Part shown: piece after piece, positions 1-10,780 of the stretch
Layout: every line of letters starts with the position of its first letter
Numbering within the stretch: the first letter of the stretch is position 1
From: Octopus sinensis
Taxonomy: Eukaryota
NCBI RefSeq assembly: GCF_006345805.1
Contig: NW_021833203.1
Location: 1-28,800, forward strand
Direction: 5' to 3'
DNA length: 28,800 nucleotides
Position numbers and translations under genes: made by a program
Notes under the pieces: generated by a model
The model's database searches: none
What the model was told of the DNA's origin: nothing
Seen by the model: only the letters and a program-made list of their open reading frames with translations

Positions 1-96
1 GTATGTATGTATGTATGTTGTGTGTGTGTGTGTGGTGCGTGCGGTGTGGGCGTGCGTGCGTGCGTGCGTGTATGTATGTATGTACGTATGATGCTA

Positions 97-293
97 TTTA
101 CTCTTTTACTCTTATACTTGTTTCAGTCATTTGATTGTGCTGGAACACCGCCTTTAGTCGAGCAAATCGACCCCAGGACTTATTCTTTGTAAACTTAGTA
201 CTTATTCTATCGGTCACTTTTGCCGAACCGCTAAGTTACGGGGACGTAAACACACCAGCATCGGTTGTCAAGCGATGTTGGGGGGACAAACAC

Positions 294-326
<33 letters not shown>

Positions 327-504
327 CATATATACATATATATGACGGGCTTCTTTCAGTTTCCGCCTACCAAATCAACTCACAAGGCTTTGGTCGGCCC
401 GAGGCTATAGAAGAAGACACTTGTCCAAGGTGCCACGCAGTGGGACTGAACTCGGAACCATGTGGCTCGTAAGCAGGCTACTTACCACACAGCCACTTCT
501 GTGC
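97..504 (-). mobile_element. tRNA-derived SINE, family A (CORE-like), near full length
   Basis: The minus strand begins with a tRNA-like head carrying A-box (TGGCTGTGTGG) and B-box (AGTTCAGTCCC) motifs, followed by CACCTTGGACAAGTG (CORE/MIR-like), an internal (CA)/(TA) microsatellite and a 3' tail GACTGAAACAAGTA. It aligns by eye to many other copies in the window. Confidence 0.9.
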
Positions 505-699
505 AGATTTTTATGTTTTGTTTTACGTATGTCTTCTCGTGCGTATACTTGCTTCTCTAGTATGTATGATATGTGAAGATATGTATGTTTTGTTTTATGT
601 ATGTATTCTCATAAATATTGTTGCATATGCATGCATATATACATTCATGCATGTATGTATGTGTGTATGTGCGCGTGCATGCGTTTGTATGTGTGTGTG

Positions 700-1135
700 T
701 TTGTGTGTGTCCTCCATCACCGCTTAACAACCTATTTCCTTATTACCCACCAGGGGCTAAACACAGAGGGAACAAACAAGGACAGACATAGGTATTAAGT
801 CGATTACATCGACCCCAGTTCGTAACTGGTACTTAATTTATCGACCCCGAAAGGATGAAAGGCAAAGTCGACCTCGGCGGAATTTGAAGTCACAACGTAA
901 CGCAGACGAAATACCGCTAAGCATTTCGCCCGGCGTGCTAACGTTTCTGCCAGCTCGCCGCTTAACAACCGGTGTGGTTCTCAAACAGTTTAGTAGAAAG
1001 AGAAACAATAGAATAATCACCGGACTTCAAAAATAAGTACACGGATCAATTTTTTTTTTTTTCGACTAAACCCTTCTAGATTCTTCCTCCCTATGTCTGC
1101 AGTCCAATGACTGGAAAAGAAGTAAAGGATAAAAC
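700..1135 (+). mobile_element. Old degenerate family A SINE 3' half, interrupted by a family B SINE
   Basis: The flanks of the 733-958 insertion join into a diverged family A 3' half (catcaccgcttaacaacc...cgactaaa...gcagtccaatgactggaaaagaagtaaa). Confidence 0.6.
733..958 (-). mobile_element. tRNA-derived SINE, family B (conserved GCCTTTCATCCTTTCGGGGTCGATAAA core), full length with TSD
   Basis: Head GGCGAGCTGGCAGAAACGTTAGC and a B-box-like motif. It is flanked by the 12-bp direct repeat CGCTTAACAACC at 721-732 and 959-970. Confidence 0.9.
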
Positions 1136-1231
1136 ACAGAAACATGGTATAATCTATTTAATTCTTTTCCGTGGGACGTTATTTGACTGTAGTTAGGTCT
1201 AACATAAGCGTTACTTATTGTTATTGTCATT

Positions 1232-1361
1232 GCTGGCAGAATGGTTAGAACGATGGTAAAAAGTCATGGTGTGTTTCTTTCATCTCTTAATGCTTTGAAT
1301 TCAAATTCAGCCGAGGTCAACTTTGCCTTTCATCCTTCAGGGTCAATGAAATAAAGTACTA
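1232..1361 (+). mobile_element. Degenerate family B SINE fragment
   Basis: gctggcagaatggttag...ttcaaattcagccgaggtcaactttgcctttcatcc matches the family B head and core. Confidence 0.7.
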
Positions 1362-1415
1362 TTATGTAATCAACTAACACCCACTACACAAAATTAAAAA
1401 AAAAAGATTATTAAA

Positions 1416-1625
1416 GGCGGCGGGTTTTTAGAATCCTTATTGCACTGGGCAACATGCTTAGCAACATGTCTTTCTGCTTTATGTTTTCTGTCCAAATGTT
1501 TCTAAGATCAAGTTTGCTTTTCACCCTTTCCGGGTCAACAAAGTGTTACCAGTTAAGCACTGGGGATGGGGATTTAATGTAATCAATTAGGCCCTTCATC
1601 CAAAATTTCAGGCATTATGCTCTTA
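1416..1625 (+). mobile_element. Degenerate family B SINE (variant 3' tail)
   Basis: ggcggcggg...atgcttagc...tttgcttttcaccctttccgggtcaa...accagttaagcactgggg. Confidence 0.55.
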
Positions 1626-1651
1626 GAAGAAATGTTTATTGTCATTTGCAT

Positions 1652-1993
1652 TTATTACCTCTGCCTTAGCGAAGGCGGGAGTATTGTTTTCAGTCGCGTT
1701 TGTTTGTTGACTTGTTTGATATCTCAATATATCTCAAGAACCGCTGGTTGGATTCGGATGAAACTTTCAGGGATGTTTGGCCTCGTGACTAGCACAAGCT
1801 GATTAGATTTTGGGATCGACTTGGTACCGGACAAGGATTCTAGATTATTTTTCCTATTTCTTTACTTAAATTTTGAGACCTATCGAGTTTATTTCAGATA
1901 TTCTCATTTAAAAAAAAATCATATCTGGATAATCGTTTTAGAGGACATTGGTGTTGCCTTGGTGGACGTTTGCATTCTTTGAGTGCTCATGTT
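1652..1993 (+). mobile_element. Non-autonomous Helentron-associated (HINE/DINE-like) element
   Basis: 5' subterminal motif TTATTACCTCTGCC with hairpin GCCTT-AGCG-AAGGC (1663-1676) and a following (GTTT)-like tract. The 3' end has the degenerate inverted motif GGTGGACGT (1961-1969) and hairpin GCATTC-TTT-GAGTGC (1972-1986), the usual HINE end architecture. Confidence 0.6.
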
Positions 1994-2172
1994 ATTATTA
2001 TTATCATCATTATCATCACCATTGTCAGCAGTGGTAGCAGTGGTGGTGGTGGTGGTGGTAGTAGTAATAGTAGTAGTTACCTCACATCACTGAAAACGAT
2101 GTCTTTCAACTCAGTTATACAACATACCAAGCAACAATATCTGTTAATTCTTCTCCAGGGATTTTATATCAG

Positions 2173-2207
<35 letters not shown>

Positions 2208-2522
2208 GTTTCTGTTGGAATTTGTGACCGGAAATTTGAAGAATTTGTGACCGGAACAGAAAGATATGAATAATAATAATAATTAATTAACCAAATATTT
2301 ATATAGATATTTGCGTTCCATCCTGATAACCACCAGTTATATACTCGGTCAATTTAATCAACCAGATTGTTTCCTCCCCATCTCTCTCTCTCTCTCTCTC
2401 TCTCACTCTCTCCTCCCTCTCTCTTTGTCCATTTGTTCCTCTGTCTGTCTATGTTGTCTTGTCTGTGTTGCTCTTCCCTCTCTCCCTCTCTCCCTCTCTC
2501 TCCCCCCTCGCTCTCTCTTTGT

Positions 2523-2554
<32 letters not shown>

Positions 2555-2664
2555 AACATGTTATCATTTAGCCTTGTGCCAAGTCAAGTGAAATTTAATA
2601 TGAAGGACGAAATCAACACATCAGAAAAATATTTATATTGCGTGTATGTATGTGTGTGTGTGTG

Positions 2665-2707
<43 letters not shown>

Positions 2708-3058
2708 ATCATATTATCAGTGAATTAAATGGTTTTGTCAAATGGGTCTTCAACCATCGGCATGACCTTACGCTCTTGCATGTTCCATCTAAATAACCTC
2801 CTTCATTTGCACTTCCTTTCTTCCTTCTTTTTCTTCTTTTCTTTCTTTCCTTTTATTTTCTTTCCTTCTTTCTTCTTTTTCTTCCTTCGGTGAATATTAT
2901 TTAGCAATCTTTTACCATTTACCATGTTTTTTTTCTTCTTGGAATGGTAATCATATTCTGGTTTCAATGCCAATGCTTTCCTTCAGCCAATCTGGAGAAA
3001 ATAAGGAAGTAAAAAAAAAAAAAAAAATTATAGGTTTTTTCCACCGAAAATTCAATAA

Positions 3059-3105
<47 letters not shown>

Positions 3106-3184
3106 GCAGCAGCAGCAACAGCAAAAACAGCATGAAAAACAACTACATCAACATTAACATCAACCAGATTGTTTCCTCACCACT

Positions 3185-3216
<32 letters not shown>

Positions 3217-3852
3217 CTCCCCCTCTCTCTCTCTCTCTCTCCTCGCTCCCTCGCTCTCTCCTCCCTCTCTCTCTTTGTCCATTTGTTCCTCTGTTTGCCC
3301 ATATGTGCGTCTGTGTCTGTGGTTCTCTCTCTTTCTCCCTCGATATTCATATCAGCAATTACAACAACAACAACAACAACAACAACGACTAAACAACAAC
3401 AATAATAACAACACCAACAGTGAGATTACAAGATCACAAACATGACATCATCATCATCATCATCAGCATCATTATCATCATTATCATCATTATCATCATG
3501 ATCGTCATCATCATCATCATCATCACCATCATCATCATCGTCATGATCGTCATCATCATCATCATCATCATCACCATCATCACCATCATCAACAGCAACA
3601 ACGACTAATTCTGACAAAATAACAACAACAATGGCAAAACAGCAATATATTCCTTTTTATTTCCATTCTTCAAGACATAAAAAGAAAAAAAAAATACAAA
3701 AGTTAAAAAACCCGACTATTTTCCATTCATGTGGAATCAATTACCATATTGATGTTGCTTCCTCATCGTCGTCATCATCATCATCATCGCCATTATCATC
3801 ATTATTATCATCAACGTTCATCAATGTCTTTGTCCTTGTCATCACCATAACC

Positions 3853-3884
<32 letters not shown>

Positions 3885-3944
3885 CGTCATCATCATCATC
3901 ATCATCACTATCATCACTATCATCATTACCATCATCAACACCAC

Positions 3945-3979
<35 letters not shown>

Positions 3980-4025
3980 CCACCATCATCATTACCATCA
4001 TCGCCCTCAAATATTACCATCATCG

Positions 4026-4065
<40 letters not shown>

Positions 4066-4200
4066 TATCATCATCAACCCCCATCATCATCAGCCTCACC
4101 ACTGTCATCATCACCACTGCCATCATCACCACCATCACTGTCATTGTCATCACCATCACTACCCATTAACACTCACATTAATTAAGTCGACTTCTCTTTG
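1990..4200. repeat. Compound microsatellite domain: (ATC)n, (GGT)n, (T)n, (CT)n, (GTT)n, (AAC)n, (CAT)n
   Basis: Visible directly; it accounts for the poly-I/D/M/S ORFs. Confidence 0.95.
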
Positions 4201-4264
4201 CTTTATGTCATGTCAATATAAGACATTATAATTACTGGTGTACGACCTGTCGCATTATTCCCTT

Positions 4265-4335
4265 GCCACACCCCAACCAATGCCTCCATCTAACCCATGC
4301 CAGCATGGAAAACAGACGTTAAATGTTGATAATGA
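4265..4335 (+). mobile_element. 3' end fragment of a retroposon (AACCCATGCCAGCATGGAAAACAGACGTTAAATG tail)
   Basis: Short hairpin CCATGC-CA-GCATGG followed by a degenerate (GAT)n-like tail, typical of RTE-related 3' ends. The family assignment is from memory. Confidence 0.4.
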
Positions 4336-4390
4336 ATAAGTGATATTTTGTTTCATTGAAAAATAGGTGTATTTATATGCAAGAAAAATT

Positions 4391-4515
4391 TGGCTGTGTG
4401 GTAACTCGGTTCAGTCCCTCTGAATAGAACCTTGGGCAAGTATCTTCTACCGTAGCCTCACCAACCAAAGCCTTGTCAGTAGATTTGATAGACGGAAACT
4501 GGAAGAAACCGATTA
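4391..4515 (+). mobile_element. Family A SINE 5' fragment
   Basis: tggctgtgtggtaa...ggttcagtccc...accttgggcaagt...gacggaaactggaagaa. Confidence 0.8.
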
Positions 4516-4540
4516 TATATATATATATATATATAATTAT

Positions 4541-4598
<58 letters not shown>

Positions 4599-5101
4599 CC
4601 ATCATCACCATCATCAACCACAACGACTATTCTGATAAAATAACAACAACAATGTTATAAAGTATGTGATTGAGTTATATCTGGTAATTGATATTTTTTA
4701 GATGATTTTCCATTTCTTTCTTATTTTGTGATATATATATATATATATATAATATATATATATATATATAATATATATATATTATATATATATATATATT
4801 ATATTAATAATAATATGACAACAAAAGAATGAATGAGATCTCGATATTCTATAAAATAGAGGAATTTATCTATAAATATTATGTAACAATTAGTTGGTTG
4901 TCATAATAAAACTCAGAGTTGTGGATACCGGGGATGAAATCTGCTCCGACATCTCATCAGTTATTAAGACAAAACTCTATGAAAAACCGTTGAATAAAGG
5001 GAAATTACTCCAATAGGCGTGATGAAAGCAATACTTCATTCATAGAATATGCATATTCGCACATATACACATATACATACATGTACACACTCACACACAT
5101 G

Positions 5102-5109
<8 letters not shown>

Positions 5110-5140
<31 letters not shown>

Positions 5141-5792
5141 TCACACACGCGTGTACATATACATAAAAACACATATATACATATCTTTACTACCCACAAG
5201 GGGCTAAACATTGAGGGGACAAACAAGGACAGACAAAGGGATTAAGTCGATTATATTGACCCCCGAGAGGATGAAAGGCAAAGTCGACCCCAGCGGAATT
5301 TGAACTCAGAACGTAACGACAGACGAAATACCGCTAAGTATTTCGTCCGGCGCGCTAACGTTTCTGCCAGCTCGCCGCCTTTTAAACATATACATATATA
5401 TATATATATACGTATACACACGCATATATACCCATACACACATCACTACGCTCATATATACATTTCTACAAGCACACACACATACAAACGTGGATATGCA
5501 AAACGAGTTTATACGCACATGCATATACATACGCGGAAAACGTATATACAAATAAAAACACATACGCAAAAACGCACGCATCAATATGTTCATATACACA
5601 TCTCTATACGCATATGCACATACATAAGTGGATGGATGTATATACAAATAAAAACATATACGCAAAAAGAACATAAACCGTAAAACATTCACCTTCGCTG
5701 CTAAACTTGAATATGCAAATGAGTTATATATGTATATACACAAATACAGCCTCCTGTGTGACAAACACATCTACACCTGCAGACATATAAAC
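5110..5792 (+). repeat. Left arm of a long inverted repeat (partner 7001-7630), interrupted by a SINE
   Basis: 5641-5790 is the reverse complement of 7001-7130 and 7165-7290. 5400-5640 matches 7300-7560, and 5135-5180 matches 7560-7610. Confidence 0.85.
5183..5381 (-). mobile_element. Family B SINE with an internal deletion
   Basis: Aligns to 733-958 with about 30 bp missing from the core. Confidence 0.9.
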
Positions 5793-5858
5793 TTATATAC
5801 ATACATATATGTGTATATGAAGGAAGGAGACAAGTGCAACAGGTAGAGTCTTGCACTC

Positions 5859-6090
5859 GTGGCGAGCTGGCAGAAACGGTAGCACGCCGGGCGAAATGCG
5901 AAGCCGTATTTCGTCTGCCGTTACGTTCTGAGTTCAAATTCAGCCGAGGTTGACTTTGCCTTTCATCCTTTCGGGGTCGATCAATTAAGTACCAGTTGCG
6001 CACTGGGGTCGATGGAATCGACTTAATCGCTTTGTCTGTCCTTGTTTGTCCCCTCTGTGTTTGGCCCCTTGTGGGTAGTAAAGAAATATA
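5859..6090 (+). mobile_element. Family B SINE, full length
   Basis: ggcgagctggcagaaacggtagc...gagttcaaattc...gcctttcatcctttcggggtcga...gtgggtagtaaagaaata. Confidence 0.9.
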
Positions 6091-6232
6091 TATACAATCA
6101 TTCGTGCACATATACATTAGGTATATACTACATGCGTATAAGTTCCACAATTATAAAGGGTAAAAAATAATATACAGAAAAATATATAAAGCAATAAAAT
6201 ATATATAAGAAATATATAAGAAATGTTAAGAC

Positions 6233-6286
6233 ATGTTAATGCACGTGGACATAATATAAATGTTAATGCACGTGGACATAATATAA
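6233..6286 (+). repeat. 27-bp tandem duplication (2 copies)
   Basis: ATGTTAATGCACGTGGACATAATATAA occurs at 6233 and 6260. Confidence 0.9.
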
Positions 6287-6309
6287 AAAGCAGGTTCTAT
6301 CTGTAACTT

Positions 6310-7000
6310 TGGGAGGTCCCAAAACGTAGCAAATATTTTGCCATATGTGTTCAGTTCTTAAATTTAGACATGTAGCGAGGTCTAAAGAATTTTTCCAGAT
6401 AAGCCATCTTTCCATATCGCAAAGAACGCACTATCCACTGCCGTTGGTGTAAGGCTTACTCTTGGCCAAAATCTTCCAGTGAATCTTATAGCTGACACCT
6501 TTTTCTTTGAAGGATCATATATAACTGGATAATTTGGTTATTTTCCTTTTATCCCAGTGTGTGAAGCTTAAGGTGTGAATGTTGAACCTGGCTTTAAAAT
6601 TTCCCTCTGTGAAACCCACATATTTCTTAGACGAAACTATGTCCTTAGTTATTGTAGAGTCTACTGTGGCTTCATAAATGATGGCCTCGGTCATACAAGC
6701 TCCATTTAGCAGGCACAAATTTTTAACTCTGCAGGAACAGCCGGCTTCATTTTGTTGTTTTTGTTTGTTGTGTGCAATTATATTTTTAAAGTTGATAGTA
6801 GAACTAAAATTAAATTTAAAGTTATACCTATTAAAGAGCTTTCTATAATTATAATTGACTGGAAAATGCCTACCTATAAGGGATAAGAAGTATTTACCTA
6901 TATTAAGGGTCACTTCGGGGGAGTAAGGTGGTGTGAACCAGATAATTTTCCTATTCCTATTTCCCCTTTTCTTTGCTACTGGACTAATGACAGGTGTATA
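6310..7000 (-). pseudogene. Penelope-like element GIY-YIG endonuclease region, decayed, with no RT upstream
   Basis: The ORF track gives RNRKIIWFTPPYS...CSCRVKNLCLLNGAC...IIYEATV...KYVGFTEGNFKARFNIH...TKLSSYI. Reading through the stops by hand continues *SFKEKGVSYKIHWKIL...YTNGSG*CVLCDMERWLI...LNLRTE. This matches the linker, Cys motif, GIY-YIG and C-terminal CxLC motif of Penelope-type elements. Confidence 0.8.
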
Positions 7001-7468
7001 GGTTATATGTCTGCAGGTGTAGATATGTTTGTCAGACAGGAGGGTGTATTTGTGTATATACATATATAACTCATTTGTATATTCAAGTTTTGTGGCGAAG
7101 GTGAATGTTCTACGGTTTTTGTGGGGGGTTTTTGCGTGTGTGTTTTTACTTGTAAATACGTCTATATTTGTCAGACAGGAGGATGTATTTGTGTATATAG
7201 ATATATAACTCATTTGTATATTCAAGTTTAGCGGCGAAGGTGACTGTTCTACGGTTTGTATTTTTCTTTTGCGTATGTGTTTTTATTTTTTATACGTCTA
7301 TCCGCGTATGTATGTGTGTGTGCGTATAGAGATGTGTATATGAACATACTGATGCGTGCGTTTTTGCGTATGTGTTTTTATTTGTATACAAGTTTACCGC
7401 GTATGAATATGCATGTGCATATAAACTACGTATTGTATATCCACGTATGTATGTGTGTGTGCGTGTAG

Positions 7469-7499
<31 letters not shown>

Positions 7500-7630
7500 C
7501 GTAGTGATGCGTGCATGGCTATATATGCATGTGTATGCGTAGATATATATATATATATATGTATATATGTGTGTTTTTATGTATATGTACACGCGTGTGT
7601 GAGTATGTATATATATATATACACATACTT
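7001..7630 (-). repeat. Right arm of the long inverted repeat, with an internal ~140-bp tandem duplication
   Basis: tgtcagacaggagg..tgtatttgtgtatata...ttcaagttt..ggcgaaggtga..gttctacggttt occurs twice (from about 7029 and 7169). The arm is the reverse complement of 5110-5792. Confidence 0.85.
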
Positions 7631-7633
7631 GTG

Positions 7634-7674
<41 letters not shown>

Positions 7675-7974
7675 GTTGTGTGCGTGCGTGCGTGTATAAT
7701 GTATATGTCACATATTCATCAGCCTTTTCCTGTAGCCCTATACTCTGGAACTCCAGCTGATAACTGGTCTTGGTTTTAAATAGTGTGAAACCACTAAGAC
7801 ATCTCGGAAACCAACTGATGAGAAAATCAGTTGCGAATGTTCCTTGTATTGCGTTTTTGTCACCCTTTTTGTTCATTTTTCATCTATTTTCCCCTTCTCT
7901 GACTAACTTTTGAAATATATATATAAAAATATGTATGTATGTGTATCTTTGTGCTTGCGTTTGTCCTCCTCCAT

Positions 7975-8172
7975 AACAACAACAATAATGATGATGATGA
8001 TGATGACGACGACGACGACAACGATGATGATGATGGTGATGGTGATAGTGATGATGGTGATGATGATGATTATGATGACGATGCCGATGATAATAATGGC
8101 GATGATGATAGTGATGATGACGATGATGATGATGATGACAATGATGATGATGACGATGATGATGATGATAAT
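7975..8172. repeat. (GAT)n/(GAC)n microsatellite
   Basis: Visible directly. Confidence 0.95.
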
Positions 8173-8479
8173 TTGTGTGCTGCTACACATACAGACTTCT
8201 TAGATTGCGTCCAGAAATGGTTCATTTGCTTGATTGCCATAAAGTCATTCAAAGACCCACAAAGACCTTCTGTCCCACAAGCATGCTGTCTCTTTTCCCT
8301 ACTTTTTTCTACCATAGTATAATGGCCTCTGTTCCTCGGAGTCAGTTGAGTTCATGACAATTCTACTCAGACATATGCCTCCACCCCAATCATGTCTTCT
8401 CCTTTTATCATTCTCGCTGAGTCCAACACCAGTTTTAAATTGATATTAATTAAATTAATATTCAATTTATCTCCCTCAT

Positions 8480-8618
8480 TATGTATATATATATGTATAT
8501 GTGTGTGTGTATGTGTGTGTGTGTGTTTGTCTGTATGTATGTATTATCTATTTATCTATCTGTCTGCCTATCTATCTATCTGTCTATCTATCTGCCTATT
8601 TATCTATCTATCTATATA

Positions 8619-8649
<31 letters not shown>

Positions 8650-8680
8650 ATCTATCTATACACACACAGACACACACATC
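8480..8680. repeat. (TG)n/(TCTA)n/(TCTG)n microsatellite
   Basis: Visible directly. Confidence 0.95.
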
Positions 8681-8964
8681 GATTTAAATACACAACCAAA
8701 AGAGCTACTATTATTAGTTTCATGCGTTTATGATACTTGAACAGGCTCTGTTTATATGTATATTTTAAAAACGCATATAACACATAATAAGAGTCTGAAA
8801 GATTGTTTTAAGGTACAAGGCATATTTTATAGATATGCCTATTTAAAGTATCATAAAAGCATGAAACTATTAGTAGCCCTTTTGATTGTATATTAAAGTG
8901 ATATTTGTCTGACACTGGTTGGGGCACTTTTTTTATTGCCTCTACCTCCATTGCATCTGTAAAC

Positions 8965-9006
<42 letters not shown>

Positions 9007-9182
9007 AAAATTAGAGAAGGAGAAACATACTTAAATCAATAAAACATCAACTATCCGATGATACCCAATCAATACTTTAATACACCATTACATATGAGTA
9101 AAGGCATTATATAAAATGAGATATACAGTAATAGTAAAAAGATAAAGAGATATAATTAAAACATTTTCAATATAATATGCAA

Positions 9183-9312
9183 TTAAATCAAAACTGACAG
9201 CTGTTTCGGCAGTGAGGGCAGTCATACCTCATTTAACCTCTAAGCCATAAAGGCAGGTATAAATGAGGCATTAACAAGGATGCCCCACGGCCTCTTCAGA
9301 GAAATTAAATTA
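9183..9312 (-). ncRNA. Type I hammerhead ribozyme (left copy)
   Basis: Reverse complement of 10651-10780: CTGAAGA at 9299-9293, GAAAC at 9207-9203 and GTC at 9198-9196. Confidence 0.7.
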
Positions 9313-9786
9313 AATTTGTTATAATTGTGAAAAATAATATAATAACCATATACATATAAATATAAAATATAAAAATGTAAAATATAAAAATATAAAAACT
9401 TATACATCATAATGCTACACTTATATAATAATATCTCATTGGTACAATAAAGGAAGGTAAACAGAACAAAATAAAACAAAATTATATCAGTGTATATACT
9501 AATATAATAAGTACCGAATATTATACATATTTGGCTAATAGTTTTTTTAAAAAAAACTAACACATAGGGGATGAAAAATAATAATTAAAACCATGGTTCA
9601 GTTCATAAAATTCTAAAGCTATGAAAGTTAATAAAAATTACTATTAATATTAATAATAATAATAATAAAAATAATAATAATAATAATAGATACAGTTAAG
9701 TTAGCACCAAGTCCATCCTTTCAAGATCGAAATAACTATGAGTTTAGAAATGCTGATCACTAGGTAAAGAAATTTAGATTAATTCG

Positions 9787-9857
9787 ATTGGCTATTGGTT
9801 TGAAATTTAAATCACAAAAGAAAATTATACGGTTGGTTAGTCACGGAACGCCATATT
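9787..9857. promoter_or_regulatory. Putative promoter motif cluster (2 inverted CCAAT boxes and a YY1-like site)
   Basis: GATTGGCT (ATTGG at 9787-9791), ATTGG at 9794-9798 and CGCCATATT at 9849-9857. Motif match only. Confidence 0.25.
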
Positions 9858-10650
9858 CACACACACGCATCTACAGATCAATCGCACATACACACATAGT
9901 TATATGTATATACATACACTTATACACATACATAACACAAGCAACACTAGCACATAGATAAACAAAAGGGAAGCAACTATGCTACCATTTAGTCCTTCAA
10001 AATTATAACTGTGCCTCAAATAACGAAAAAAGAACCACCCATGCATTTCATAAAATATTTAATTTAGATATAAATATATTTTTAAATATCAATATGTTAC
10101 TAAGTCAGAAAATTATTTCATGGGTAACTTAAAATTATAACACCGGTTTGTTTGCATAGTAAACATACGGTTGTTATATTTATCGTAAGTTTGTTATGAT
10201 TCCAAGTACGCTAAATTATAAAATATAAAATATATATTAATTTATATATTATAAATAAATCACTTATTTACTTAATAAATTTAATGCCATAATATACCAG
10301 TTTAGGCATTAAAAAATAGAAGGGGAAGTACTAATGTAAACGCTTATGAGAACATCACAGAAATTTTTAAAAATTTATATTATAAATACTTAAGGTAAAA
10401 TGTGAAATTTAAAAAAAAACTATTAGCCAAATATGTATAATATCGGTACTTATTAATATTAGTATATACACTGATATATATTTTGTTTTATTTTGTTCTG
10501 TTTACCTTCCTTTATTGTACCAATAAGTATTATATTATATAAGTGTAGCATTATGATGTATAAGTTTTTATATTTTTTATATTTTACATTTTTATATTTT
10601 TATATTTATATGTATATGGTTATATTATATTTTTCACAATTATAACAAAT

Positions 10651-10780
10651 TTAATTTAATTCTCTGAAGAGGCCGTGGGGCATCCTTGTTAATGCCTCAT
10701 TTATACCTGCCTTTATGGCTTAGAGGTTAAATGAGGCATGACTGCCCTCACTGCCGAAACAGCTGTCAGTTTTGATTTAA
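10651..10780 (+). ncRNA. Type I hammerhead ribozyme (right copy)
   Basis: CTGAAGA (10664-10670), then an 85-nt stem II closed by G10671-C10755, GAAAC (10756-10760), loop AGCT, and GTC with the predicted cut after 10767. Stem I is imperfect (10653-10663 with 10768-10778). Confidence 0.72.

Noticed and set aside
1970-4621. Many 60-184 aa ORFs rich in I, D, M, S, N, H or L
   Set aside because: They are translations of (CAT)n, (AAC)n and (CT)n microsatellites. These are open in several frames because the motif lacks stops, and there is no domain or splice support.
5300-6150. Overlapping 127-154 aa ORFs
   Set aside because: They run through SINE copies and TA/CA-rich repeat arms, with a Y/I/H/T/C/V composition typical of dinucleotide repeats.
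7807-7833. GAAAC and CTGATGA close together, plus the 8-bp hairpin CAACTGAT/ATCAGTTG
   Set aside because: The order and spacing cannot form a hammerhead three-way junction. The minus-strand CTGATGA near 4953-4959 also lacks GAAA after its stem.
7577-7876. 99-aa minus-strand ORF with a protein-like N-terminal half
   Set aside because: No recognisable domain or convincing splice sites, and the C-terminal half is (CA)n.
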